From Octopus bimaculoides (lineage: Eukaryota): a stretch of DNA of 64,000 bases. Within the stretch, counting starts at the first letter, position 1; each line of letters starts with the position of its first letter. Made by a program: the position numbers and the translations under genes. Location of the stretch: contig NC_068981.1 in NCBI RefSeq assembly GCF_001194135.2, positions 34,619,648 through 34,683,647 of the forward strand, given 5' to 3'. Below the pieces are notes generated by a model. The model ran no database searches and was not told the DNA's origin. It worked only from the letters and a program-made list of their open reading frames with translations. Shown here piece by piece: positions 11,406 to 22,629 of the stretch.

Positions 11406-12330
11406 GGATCTATTTCATCTCAATCACAAATTTTTTAATTAATTTAAAAAAAAAAAAGTTTGAAACTTCGAATACTGGTAGAATTTCTCACGTAGAACAC
11501 GGTTTACTCTGAACGTTTTCGACAAAATTTCGTATTTTAGAAGTTATTTCGCGTTAAATTTGCCTATTTGGGTAATTTCAACCAATCAACGACGTGTATC
11601 CAGCTGGAGAAAGCTACTGATGCTTGCGATAGTAATCGAAGAGGAACAACTTCCGAGTCATCTCTACTAAATGTCACCACGAATCCGCAGCTAGCTTTTT
11701 TTGTTGTTGACGTAAATGTTGTTTCAAAATGCCTTATTTTACAACTATGAGATATGTTGTTATTGTCGTGATTTTATCTTACTATAACCAACAAGAAACC
11801 CATTTCGTCAATATAAAAGTCTTTATTAGATTTTTAAAAAAAGTAACATTATCAAAACATGAAGGTAAATCAAAACAAATGGCGGCTTATACACCGGAAA
11901 ATGCGGTAGTTGTAGTGGCAGTGACAAGTTCGTTCGCTGGTTGTTAGTTGACAGTGTAGAAGGGAGAGAAAGAGTAAGGAATGCACGGTGATGACTAGAA
12001 AGGAAGAAAGGATAAAGGTGGCATCGTCTTCATTCGCCATACGAAGAGAACAGAGTGGTGAAATTTAGATGACCCGGAAGCTGTTCCTCTTCGATTACTA
12101 TCGCAAACAGCAGTAGCTTTCTTCAACCGATTACACGTCGTTGATTGGTTGAAATTACCCAAATACGACAGCTTTAACACGAAATAACTTCTAAGATACA
12201 CAATTTTGTCAAAAACGTTCAGAGTAAACCGTGTTCTACGTGAGAAATTCTACCAGTATTCGAAGTTTCAAACTGTTTCGTTAAAAAAAAAAATTAATTA
12301 AAAAATCTGGGATTGAGATAGAATAGATCC
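11406..12330. mobile_element. Non-autonomous long-TIR (foldback) DNA transposon, possibly Mutator-like
   Basis: Arms of about 275 bp (11406-11680 and 12052-12330) are clear reverse complements with GGATC...GATCC termini. Flanking 9-mers gacgatgtg and gacgagagg match 6/9. The spacer is non-coding. Confidence 0.8.
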
Positions 12331-12442
12331 GACGAGAGGTGTCTGTGTTTGTGTGTTTCCCTACACATTCTATTACCCTCTTTGTAACATGTCATATATA
12401 TATATATGTGGACCCCTTTTTGCCAATAAAGAAAGGATTATC

Positions 12443-12471
12443 GTTATTGTTGTTGCTGTTGTTGCTATTAT

Positions 12472-12536
<65 letters not shown>

Positions 12537-12560
12537 CATCATCATTATTATTATTATCAT
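12443..12560. repeat. (GTT)n/(ATT)n/(ATC)n microsatellite
   Basis: Read directly from the sequence. Confidence 0.95.
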
Positions 12561-13141
12561 TAATGTTTCTTTTCGCGTCTGTCTCGTCTGCTGACATTGT
12601 TAAGTACAGTGTGGTTTGACTATTTTTCTCACCCTGCTCTATTTCACGTCCCAGACAGCAAAAGAAAAACAAGACGAAAAGTGACATGTGGGTGGGTGGT
12701 GTTGTAGGGTGTTATAGGAAGGATTTTATTTGTGGAAACGGGTGGAAGAGAGGTGAGTGTGGAAGCAGAGAAATGAAATGAAATGTATGGGATATGAACG
12801 ACGTATATGTGCTTATACTTACAATATCTATATGTATGTTTGTATGCAAAAAAGCACGTGCACACACATGAGCGCGTACAGAAATATATATTTATAGACT
12901 TGCATGAACGCTCACACATGCGCACAGAAAACACACATAGAACAGCTTACATACAGAAGCGTATAAAGTAGTGAGCGCAAACTAAATACAGGTATACACG
13001 CATGCACGCACACACACACACACATTTGACACACACACACACTCGGGTGCACAGACATGCACGCATACATAAGAACATGCAACATACAGGTTACATGCAT
13101 GTACACTCACACACTCCATACACGAGTGCACAAATGCAAAA

Positions 13142-13427
13142 GGGATCTTTTTTAAAACGGGGGCCACATTTTTCATTAATGTTTTACGTAGTGCTTTTGG
13201 TACCGAAAGACTTTCAAACTTCGTATACTTATCTATTTTGTGTTATAGAACAGAAAAATATTTTTGTATTCGAATTTATTTCATGTAAAAAATTGTCTTA
13301 TTTCGATAATTTCAACCAATCACTGACGTCCATTCAGCCGATATACATTAAGTGCCGACTACATAAACAAACGATTCTTCGTTTTATTTGCTTTTTTCAT
13401 TTTAAATTTGCTTTAACACTAACCCTA
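13142..13427 (+). mobile_element. Left arm of a GGATC-terminus element related to 11406-12330, running into TAACCCTA and a gap
   Basis: Starts gggatctttt. Shares tttcaaacttcgtatac and ataatttcaaccaatcactgacgtc with 44230-44360 (reverse complement) and with the 11.4-kb arms. Confidence 0.7.
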
Positions 13428-14030
13428 NNNNNNNNNNNNNNNNNNNNNNNNNNNNNNNNNNNNNNNNNNNNNNNNNNNNNNNNNNNNNNNNNNNNNNNNN
13501 NNNNNNNNNNNNNNNNNNNNNNNNNNNNNNNNNNNNNNNNNNNNNNNNNNNNNNNNNNNNNNNNNNNNNNNNNNNNNNNNNNNNNNNNNNNNNNNNNNNN
13601 NNNNNNNNNNNNNNNNNNNNNNNNNNNNNNNNNNNNNNNNNNNNNNNNNNNNNNNNNNNNNNNNNNNNNNNNNNNNNNNNNNNNNNNNNNNNNNNNNNNN
13701 NNNNNNNNNNNNNNNNNNNNNNNNNNNNNNNNNNNNNNNNNNNNNNNNNNNNNNNNNNNNNNNNNNNNNNNNNNNNNNNNNNNNNNNNNNNNNNNNNNNN
13801 NNNNNNNNNNNNNNNNNNNNNNNNNNNNNNNNNNNNNNNNNNNNNNNNNNNNNNNNNNNNNNNNNNNNNNNNNNNNNNNNNNNNNNNNNNNNNNNNNNNN
13901 NNNNNNNNNNNNNNNNNNNNNNNNNNNNNNNNNNNNNNNNNNNNNNNNNNNNNNNNNNNNNNNNNNNNNNNNNNNNNNNNNNNNNNNNNNNNNNNNNNNN
14001 NNNNNNNNNNNNNNNNNNNNNNNNNNNNNN

Positions 14031-14085
<55 letters not shown>

Positions 14086-14221
14086 ACACACGTGCATTCG
14101 CGCACATATTCACATTCACACTCACACTCACATACACACGCATATAAACACTCTACAACATATATTTCGAGATCCTTACATATATCAATTAATCAACCAA
14201 TTTTATGAGTCAAAGCGGGAG

Positions 14222-14410
14222 CCTGTTTGCAGTCATCCATCTACTTGAAATAACAGCCAAATTCCCTCGACTTATATCCTATCGTCTTAAGTAAAGGAAG
14301 CTTACATTGGTGTATGTAATCTTACATAACCCTAAACCGACAGGAAGGTCACGATTAGAATGTCTTTGATCATCGGTCTGATCAATCAAAGCTGGCTTGG
14401 AGTTAAGAAA
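14222..14410 (+). mobile_element. SINE-like family D
   Basis: gaaataacagccaaattccctc...aatgtctttgatcatcggtctg. Confidence 0.65.
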
Positions 14411-14433
14411 CCACGATATTTAAACTGTTAGTT

Positions 14434-14636
14434 AAGGCGGCGCGCTGGCACAATTGTTAGCACGCTGGGCAAAATGCTCAGCGGCGTTTCGTCCGTCTTT
14501 ACGTTCTGAGTCGCCGAGGTCGGTTTTGCCTTTCATCCTTTCGGGGGTCGATAGAATAGATCACTGGCGTCGATGTAATCCAATTATCTCCTCTCCCGAA
14601 ATTGCTGGCCTTGTGCCAAAATTTGAAACCAATATT
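14434..14636 (+). mobile_element. SINE family B (Meta-domain-like)
   Basis: aaggcggcgcgctggc tRNA-like head, gcctttcatcctttcgggggtcgat centre, end aaatttgaaaccaatattt. Confidence 0.88.
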
Positions 14637-14688
14637 TAACCAGTTATATAATGTGGCGCCCAATGTGCTGAGCAGCGTNNNNNNNNNN

Positions 14689-14741
<53 letters not shown>

Positions 14742-15289
14742 AGCGTACGGATATACAAGCGCATATACGCATGCATAAAGAATAAGTAAAATAAATAAAC
14801 AAACTTACACACACAAGCACTCCATAGATACAAACATTACCTCACCTTTAAGACACACGGTTAAACCCTTGATTCGCTACAAATGCTAGGCCCTACGACT
14901 TCTGATGATCTTTCTTAGTAATTCTGTATGGATATAACATAGTTAAAACTGAGTCACAAAGATGAGATTTCCCATCTTAAGAACCAGAAAACGCTTCAGC
15001 TGCGAAGAGTTGAGAGTTTTCTAGAAACCTTTTTGTGAAACACAGTTGAATACCATATCCACATAAATAATAGTATTATTGCTACACATTCTACCCCACC
15101 CACAAGACTACATCGGAAAACACCACATCCTAAAGATCATATTTAAATAAAAGGATTTCTTTTGGGTGTGATTTTTAGGTCATAGTCTTATTAGCAAATG
15201 AGGTGTTGAGATATATGTTTTAAAGATGAGATGTTTTGTGAATAAGTTGCGTGTGCGCGTTTACTGATTTTTTTTGTATATGTCTCTTT

Positions 15290-15493
15290 TACTCTTTTAC
15301 TTGTTTCAGTCATTTGACTGTGGCCATGCTGGAGCTAGTCGAGCAAATCGACCCCAAGACTTATTCTTTGTTAGCCTTGTATTTATTCTATCGGTCTCTT
15401 TTGCCGAACCGCTAAGTTACGGGGACGTAAACACACCAGCATCGGTTGTCAAGCGATGTTGGGGGACAAACAGACACACAAACACACAAACAC

Positions 15494-15525
<32 letters not shown>

Positions 15526-15690
15526 GACGGGCTTCTTTCAGTTTCCGTCTACCAAATCCACTCACAAGGCTTTGGTCAGCCCAAGGCTATAGTGGAAGAC
15601 ACTTGCCCAAAGTGCCACGCAGTGGGACTGAACCAAGAACCATGTGGTTGGTAAGCTACCTACTTACCATACAGCCACTCCTACGCCTAT
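15290..15690 (-). mobile_element. SINE family A, full length
   Basis: Minus strand: tRNA-like head with B box gggttc/tggttcagtccc, CORE-like block, internal (AT)n/(GT)n, 3' part, and a (TAAAAGAG)-type tail. Confidence 0.92.
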
Positions 15691-15799
15691 GTCTGTTTGT
15701 ATATATGATCGTGTATGGTTGAATATGTGTGCGCGTAGTTTCTTGACAAAGGCTTACAAACACATTTAACTTTTAGACCACTCTGCCTTTTCCAACACT

Positions 15800-16190
15800 C
15801 CTGCAGCTGTAAGAATATCTACTCTTCCAGACAAAATGCTTAGCGGCATTTCTTCCATCTTTACCGCATAGCCACACAAGTATGGTTACATAGAAACATT
15901 TGAAGAGAAATATATTAGAGAGTAAATAAGATTTCAGTAAAATATAAATTTTGATACACTCGTCACCCATTGCACGGTGTCTCTTCTGCAAATCCTGCAC
16001 TCCAAGCCACCGTACTCAATCATTTTCTATATTTAGTAAACGAACCTCTGGAATTCCTTCCTTGGTCATAGATTTTCCTACAGATATCGCCTTTGAGATG
16101 TTTAAACTGAGCATCATCTGCATCAGTCTTTGCAAGCTCGGAGAGCCACCAAAAGTCATAGTACTGACCCTTCATCCTGACTAGGATATA
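15800..16190 (-). mobile_element. Possible degraded RTE-type LINE C-terminal fragment
   Basis: KEGIPEVRLLNIEND*VRWLG weakly resembles the RTE post-RT segment (AGIPSIE...QLRWLGHV). Confidence 0.3.
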
Positions 16191-16877
16191 GTCTCAACAG
16201 AAGTTTTTTGATGAATTTCACAAAATAGAGTATTTAGATATATTCATGTGTTTATGATTGTTTCAATACTTTGAATTTCACATAATAGAGTATTTAAACA
16301 ATCATAAACACATATATAAATATGTATGTAAACACACACATACACCTGCATCCAGAATAAGTAGGTGGTAAGCGCATACACTCGAACACGCATACTCGCA
16401 CGAATATATATGCATAATGAATACATAAACATACATGCCCTTAAATCAAAAGGAACGTGAGTTAAACAATATAACTCAAAATATACTATTGGTTGAAAGA
16501 CAAGATGGTCATATTTGGAATGCGTATGATCTAAGGTCAACTCTAACGTCAGCTCTATTTCAAAGCTGACGTCAACAATTTGTATGTGCTCGTGTGTTTA
16601 CGTGAGTGCGCGTTACTGCGCAGTGTGAAAATATTTTTCTCCAATTTCCTGCTGTTCAGTGAAACAATCTTCATATTTCATTACCGACGCCCTCCTTTGT
16701 TTATATATTCTTTGTTTCCCTTTGTATTTATTTATGTATTTCGTTTTGCCTTTACTGAAGCAGTGTACACAAGTGACGTTGCACCTATATCGTTTTACGC
16801 TGGAGCATATTGATTGGCAGAATTAGTTGTACGTTATGTTTAGATACTTCAAGGTTTATTGCTTGCTGTGATGTCGT

Positions 16878-17222
16878 GGCTTGTATGCCTCAATGACCCC
16901 CGAGAGCTGTGCCAGTGGAGCAATGCTCCTTGTAGGGCCTTCCATGCTGGACAGATCAAAGTATAGAAGCCAAACTAATCGTGACTATCTCTTCCCAAAG
17001 GTAAAAATGTGTTTGTGTAGGTCCAACACCCTTATCTAGAAAAAAAAAGTTACAAAAGCATTGATGTCAATTCGAAACTGACAAAATTTGGAGAGGAAGG
17101 CCTTCCCTCAGGGAGATCAAACCATAAAGAAACCAACATCTTGCATTGCAGCTTAGAGTCGACAAAAGATGAGAAAAGTCGTCTATAGCCTATGTTCCAT
17201 AAGGAGCAGGGAGCTTAAGTAA
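16878..17222 (+). mobile_element. Short internally deleted RTE-derived element (5' UTR joined to 3' end)
   Basis: The 5' part ggcttgtatgcctcaatgaccccc...gtagggccttccatgctggacag resembles RTE 5' UTRs. The 3' part gcctatgttccataaggagc...cttaagtaa resembles RTE 3' ends. No ORF lies between them. Confidence 0.55.
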
Positions 17223-17759
17223 ATACTTTTAGATGCTGCTTCTATGTAATCAGCCTGATGTCTCCCACTTTTCGGTTCAATTTCTGGCAACGCACGTAAA
17301 ATTAGTTATAAGACCGGTACAAGTATTACAGATACCAGTTACATTACTGAGGCATGACTCGGGGTTCTGTGGCAAGCCCCGTCTTATTTGATGGCATAAT
17401 AGATCAGCAGCTTATAGCGGTTGTTTTCACACGGTATTTGTCTGGATAGGTATAAACGTAAGGTGGCTAACACGCAGAGTCGTTAGCATGTCGGGCATCC
17501 GATAAATTGTGAGCAGGGGAGCGAACCTCTACCAACTTCTAGCGACTGGACCAGCAAACCACTCCTGGTTTCGGGCTATTTCTCTCACTCTTCCGTACTG
17601 GACACTTCGTCTGCTAGAGATACTTTCTTTATTAAGATAATGATTATCTAACACAGAAGGGACAAACAAGACAGAAAAAACAGATAAATGTTAATGTGAG
17701 TTCGAATGAAACTTCATTTTAAAAATTATGATGATTATACGAATTAATATATAATATAT

Positions 17760-18059
17760 TTTTTATAATTTTTAGCCGGGGGGGAGGGGATTCATCCTGA
17801 TGGGCGAAAAGCCCAGCGACTATACCTTTATCTTTCTCCGTGGAGATTAAGCCGGGTCACTTGCACCCACGTTTCTTACCACAGCCTTCCATCTTTTCTC
17901 AAACACACCTCGCGAAAGTCGTCTACTCTCCTGCCCTATCTTGCTCTTCAGGTGAAATTTGACAAAAGGGAGCAATCCGGGGCCAGAGATGACGGTTCCC
18001 GTCATGAGTCCTTGCAGTCTTGTCTTCCAAACACACTCTTTCAACACTGCCACTGTAAG
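17760..18059 (-). mobile_element. L1/Tx1-clade LINE 3' end (ORF2 C-terminus, 3' UTR, A-rich tail)
   Basis: ORF 17847-18053, AVLKECVWKTRLQGL...FVKFHLKSKIGQESRRLSRGVFEKRW, resembles Tx1 ORF2 C-termini. It continues into the gap. Confidence 0.7.
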
Positions 18060-18844
18060 NNNNNNNNNNNNNNNNNNNNNNNNNNNNNNNNNNNNNNNNN
18101 NNNNNNNNNNNNNNNNNNNNNNNNNNNNNNNNNNNNNNNNNNNNNNNNNNNNNNNNNNNNNNNNNNNNNNNNNNNNNNNNNNNNNNNNNNNNNNNNNNNN
18201 NNNNNNNNNNNNNNNNNNNNNNNNNNNNNNNNNNNNNNNNNNNNNNNNNNNNNNNNNNNNNNNNNNNNNNNNNNNNNNNNNNNNNNNNNNNNNNNNNNNN
18301 NNNNNNNNNNNNNNNNNNNNNNNNNNNNNNNNNNNNNNNNNNNNNNNNNNNNNNNNNNNNNNNNNNNNNNNNNNNNNNNNNNNNNNNNNNNNNNNNNNNN
18401 NNNNNNNNNNNNNNNNNNNNNNNNNNNNNNNNNNNNNNNNNNNNNNNNNNNNNNNNNNNNNNNNNNNNNNNNNNNNNNNNNNNNNNNNNNNNNNNNNNNN
18501 NNNNNNNNNNNNNNNNNNNNNNNNNNNNNNNNNNNNNNNNNNNNNNNNNNNNNNNNNNNNNNNNNNNNNNNNNNNNNNNNNNNNNNNNNNNNNNNNNNNN
18601 NNNNNNNNNNNNNNNNNNNNNNNNNNNNNNNNNNNNNNNNNNNNNNNNNNNNNNNNNNNNNNNNNNNNNNNNNNNNNNNNNNNNNNNNNNNNNNNNNNNN
18701 NNNNNNNNNNNNNNNNNNNNNNNNNNNNNNNNNNNNNNNNNNNNNNNNNNNNNNNNNNNNNNNNNNNNNNNNNNNNNNNNNNNNNNNNNNNNNNNNNNNN
18801 NNNNNNNNNNNNNNNNNNNNNNNNNNNNNNNNNNNNNNNNNNNN

Positions 18845-18890
<46 letters not shown>

Positions 18891-19214
18891 CGTGTGTGTG
18901 CATGTGCGCCCATACGTGCGTTAACTAGAATGTGTGTATACATCTAAATGACTGTATGTGTAAGCGAGGTTGTGAGTCTAAGTATGCGTGTCTGCGTGCG
19001 TATACGCACGCGCGTGTGTAAAGTATAGAGAATTTATAGTTAATTTATGTGTGCATGAGTGTTTGTGCATGCATATGAGTATGTATGTGTGAATGAGACT
19101 GAGTGCAAATTAGCGTTTCCGCGTGTGAAGTGTATATGTGGAAGTTTGAGGAATCCTAGTGAGTTGTATGAGCGAATATGCACATGACTGTATGAAGTGC
19201 ATGTGTAGACATTT

Positions 19215-19400
19215 ATCAGTCTGTTGGGATGGGTAGAGGAAAGTAAGTCGGTTTTTGATACCAAGCGGAGTAGCCGTGTTCAGGCGGAAGATTAATTGTT
19301 GTTCACGACTGAGACGTGAGACGGGGAAAGATGTTGAAGCGAAAGATTGGCTTAGCAGGCGACAGGATATAGAAAGTTCCTGCAGCGGCTTTAGCTTGCA
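19215..19400 (-). mobile_element. Penelope-like element, GIY-YIG C-terminal fragment
   Basis: The minus strand reads REQQLIFRLNTATPLGIKNRLTF, typical of PLE endonuclease ends (EQxLIFxLGTLxPxGINxxF). Confidence 0.7.
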
Positions 19401-20719
19401 ATACTTCTAGAAGCATACATTCTTTATACGCTCATTCTTTTTGAATATATTTTCTTTCTTACATTCTCTCTTGTATATTTGTTTTTGTCTTTTTTATTTA
19501 TTGCCTTTCTTTCAATCGTCTTGAGTATCATTCTCCCTACCTAATATATTCATTCACCAACAAATTACATTTGATGCTATTGTTTTTCTCACGTTTGTTT
19601 GCTTGATTGATTTCCTGGATTAAATGCTTGATTGCGTGCCTACTCCAGTATATCAGAAACTACTGAAGCCAGAGAAGCCAATTTGTTTTTAATCAATGAT
19701 TACTAATCAAAATAATCAAAATTAAAAATATCTTTTTTGAAATTTTGTGGTTTTAAGTAAATTATTTGGATATGAAATGTGCAACCCGACTCTACTTGGC
19801 ATGTTATATGCTGATGCTGGGAGAACGTTTTACATTTTTATACAAAAAATGTAGTCAGTTACAGGAAAAAAACAAAATGCAATAGAAGATCGTTCACGCA
19901 TATAATCACATAGCAATGCAATTTTTTTCAAACACTGGCGGTGGTAGTAGTTAACAGTATTACAAAATACATTCAAATACAGATAACATATATAAGGGGA
20001 AAAGTTGTTGTCCATTGTTTTCCATTCTTTAATGTTTTTTTTGTCTTTGTTTTTGTTGTTAACATCGGATCAAATATTTCATCTGATCATATAAAAGAAC
20101 GGCATTGTGTTTTAACGTAGCTCATTGTTCGTGTCTTGCTTTCTTTTAGTTTAAACATCCAGGCTGCTGCAACTGTGATCGAATTAAAAGAATTCATATT
20201 ACCAACAGAAAGGTCAGTGATTTATATCCAGTTTCTGGCCCTGCACTGAACCTAGGACAAAATCTTTTAAAAATTAACTTCCATACTTCCTTCATGTTAA
20301 TTAAATCTCATTGTTTCATGTTTCATCGTCTCATATAAAAATTAACTCTCGTTTCTATCGGTATCGCTACAGTTCGACTCTCACGGAATGACTACGTTGC
20401 ATAGATTCATTCATATTCAGAACTGCTATTTTTATCATCAACTGCGTCACCGAAAACTAGATCTTTGGATTTCCTTGCTCCATATCCCTGGCAACAACTT
20501 GTATTAGTTCCTATCCATAACCGCAGATGTTTAGAATGCACATTAATCACATTAGACTCTATTGTTAGATGGGGCGGAGGTTGAAAAATCACAGGTCTTA
20601 GGTTTCAGCACCAATTCGTTTACAAAAAATATCTTTCATTTTACTAAAGCCATTTTCTTTTTATTATGAAGTTTGGTTTGGAGGGGGAAGAGGTTGTTAC
20701 CAATCACCCTCGTAGGACT

Positions 20720-21000
20720 TCTAGGATTGATGGGATTAATAATTAATACTTCTATTGAATCTGACAAATCAGAAAAAATATCAAAGCAGAGATGGAATTT
20801 CAGAGAGACAACATTCTGGAGAGGTAAGACCCTGCACAGGTGTCTAATGCGGTTCCTTAAGGGCAGGATACAACATGGATGACGGGGCAAGGGGAGAAGT
20901 GTAGGCAAGGAGTGTCTGAGTAGAGGTGAAACGACGCCAATCAGCTCGAAGGGGGCTGAGACCGCTGAAGTAGCATAAAGAAGGGTTGAAAAACAAAACA
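20720..21000 (-). mobile_element. CR1-clade LINE 3' coding fragment, degraded
   Basis: CYFSGL-FELIGVVSPLLRHS and AGSYLSRMLSL*NSISALIF resemble CR1 C-termini (YYNGxCSxELxxxVPP; SFLPRTxxLWNSLP). Confidence 0.6.
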
Positions 21001-21057
21001 AAATGAAATGAAATAGAATTTAAATATCGAATATATTTTTGATATTATTTATTTATT

Positions 21058-21325
21058 TAAGGCGGCGAGATGACAGAATCGTTAGCAAGCCAGGCAAAAT
21101 GCTTAGCAGCATTTCGTCCGTCTTTATGTTGAGTTCAAATTTCGCCCAGTTCGACTTTGCCTTTCATCCTTTAGGGGTCGATAAAATAAGTACCAGTTGA
21201 TCACTGGGGGTTTATGTAATCAACTTACCTCTCCTTCGAAATGGCTGGCCGGCGTCGTAATCGACTTATCCACCCTCCAGAATTGCAGGTTTTGTCCCAA
21301 AATTTGAAGTCAGTATTATTTATTT
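21058..21325 (+). mobile_element. SINE family B with duplicated 3' segment
   Basis: aggcggcgag head, gcctttcatcctttaggggtcgataaaataagtaccag centre, (ATTT)n tail. Confidence 0.88.
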
Positions 21326-21334
21326 ATTTATTTA

Positions 21335-21565
21335 AGGTGGTGAGCTGGCAGAATCGTTACCGCTCCAGAAAAAAATGCTTAGAGTATTTCTTCGGACTTT
21401 ACGTTCCGAGTTCAAATTCAGCCGGGGTCGAGTTTCCCTTTCATCCTTTCGGTGTCGATAAAATAAGAGCTAGTCGCTCACTGAAGTTGATATTATCGAT
21501 TTACTCATCCCCCGAACTTGCTGGCCTTGTGCCAAGATTTAAAACCAATATTATTTATTTATTTA
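21335..21565 (+). mobile_element. SINE family B inserted at the tail of the previous copy
   Basis: aaggtggtgagctggcagaatcg head directly follows the (ATTT)n run; ends accaatattatttattt. Confidence 0.88.
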
Positions 21566-22629
21566 GTTGAGTAGAACATTCAGGTGTTTTCTTGCATTTC
21601 TGTATAGGAGTGTGCGGGAAATAAATTGACGTCATGACAGCATTTCCTCTATAATATACATAATAAAAACTATTAGCTAACGTGGGAACCTATTAAAAAT
21701 AGCAGTCAAATATCTACCAATCATATACTGGCCTCTTAAAAGACACAGATATAATAGTGCCACATTCCCATAACAAGATGGGATGGTCAGAACTTGAGTG
21801 TCATTCGTAGGTTTCTTTCCACGTCTAAACAACTCATACACACACATACACACACTCAATGAGGGCGCTTTTACGCGGTGACTCGGCTTATAAGAAATAG
21901 CAGTAAAATCTCTATTCAATAATTCACTGTTATCTTTAAGAAAAGAACATATTATACCTGAAGATATATGTGAGGATGGCAACGGTCGTGGAGCTTATAA
22001 AAACATCAAACCCCAAAATAATTCGCGGGTTTTCAATTTTATATGCTTAAATAATTTTTTTTTTTTTTTTTTTTTTGATATTCAGAGGTTTGAAAGGTGA
22101 GTTCACTTTTATAAGCTCAATGGCTAGAATGCCTTTGATCAGAGCTGATCTGAGGGCTAAACAACAACAGCATGAACATCAACTTCCCACCCCCACAAAC
22201 ATTCATCTACTACATGTGCGGGAATTCTGTCTGTGGGTGTGTTTGTGGAGTTGTTAGCTAACTCTTCCTACATCGTTTTATCGATTTTGATGAAACTTCA
22301 CACGTGGGTAGAACTCATGTCTGGAAACCTCATGGCATACTCAGATTGTTGAAAAGATCGATAATAAAGCCCCAGGAATGGATCCTTATATATATATTTA
22401 TATCTAATATATTTCATTTTAACAGGAAAGGGAAATAACCCTTTCGCCCAGATATTAATAGCCAAGGGAAATAACATATTCATCTTCCAAAATCATCTGC
22501 TATAAATCAAATTGAGTATGCTTATTTCTTAGTACTTGAACTGTTAGAGTTATTTTTGCAATTTATCCAGCATAACCCTTAAACAAGTAAATAGTATTTT
22601 CCTAAACAATAGATCTACTTATTTTGGTT

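Noticed and set aside
13002-14147. Long ORFs in the track (381 aa here; also at about 18 kb, 23 kb, 37-39 kb, 44.7 kb, 47 kb and 56.3 kb)
   Set aside because: They stay open only because they run through N-gaps and dinucleotide repeats; they are not evidence of genes.
17795-17825. ctgatgggcgaaaagccc as a second hammerhead
   Set aside because: It lacks the CUGANGA core and stems I and III, and on the opposite strand it is simply Tx1 3' UTR.
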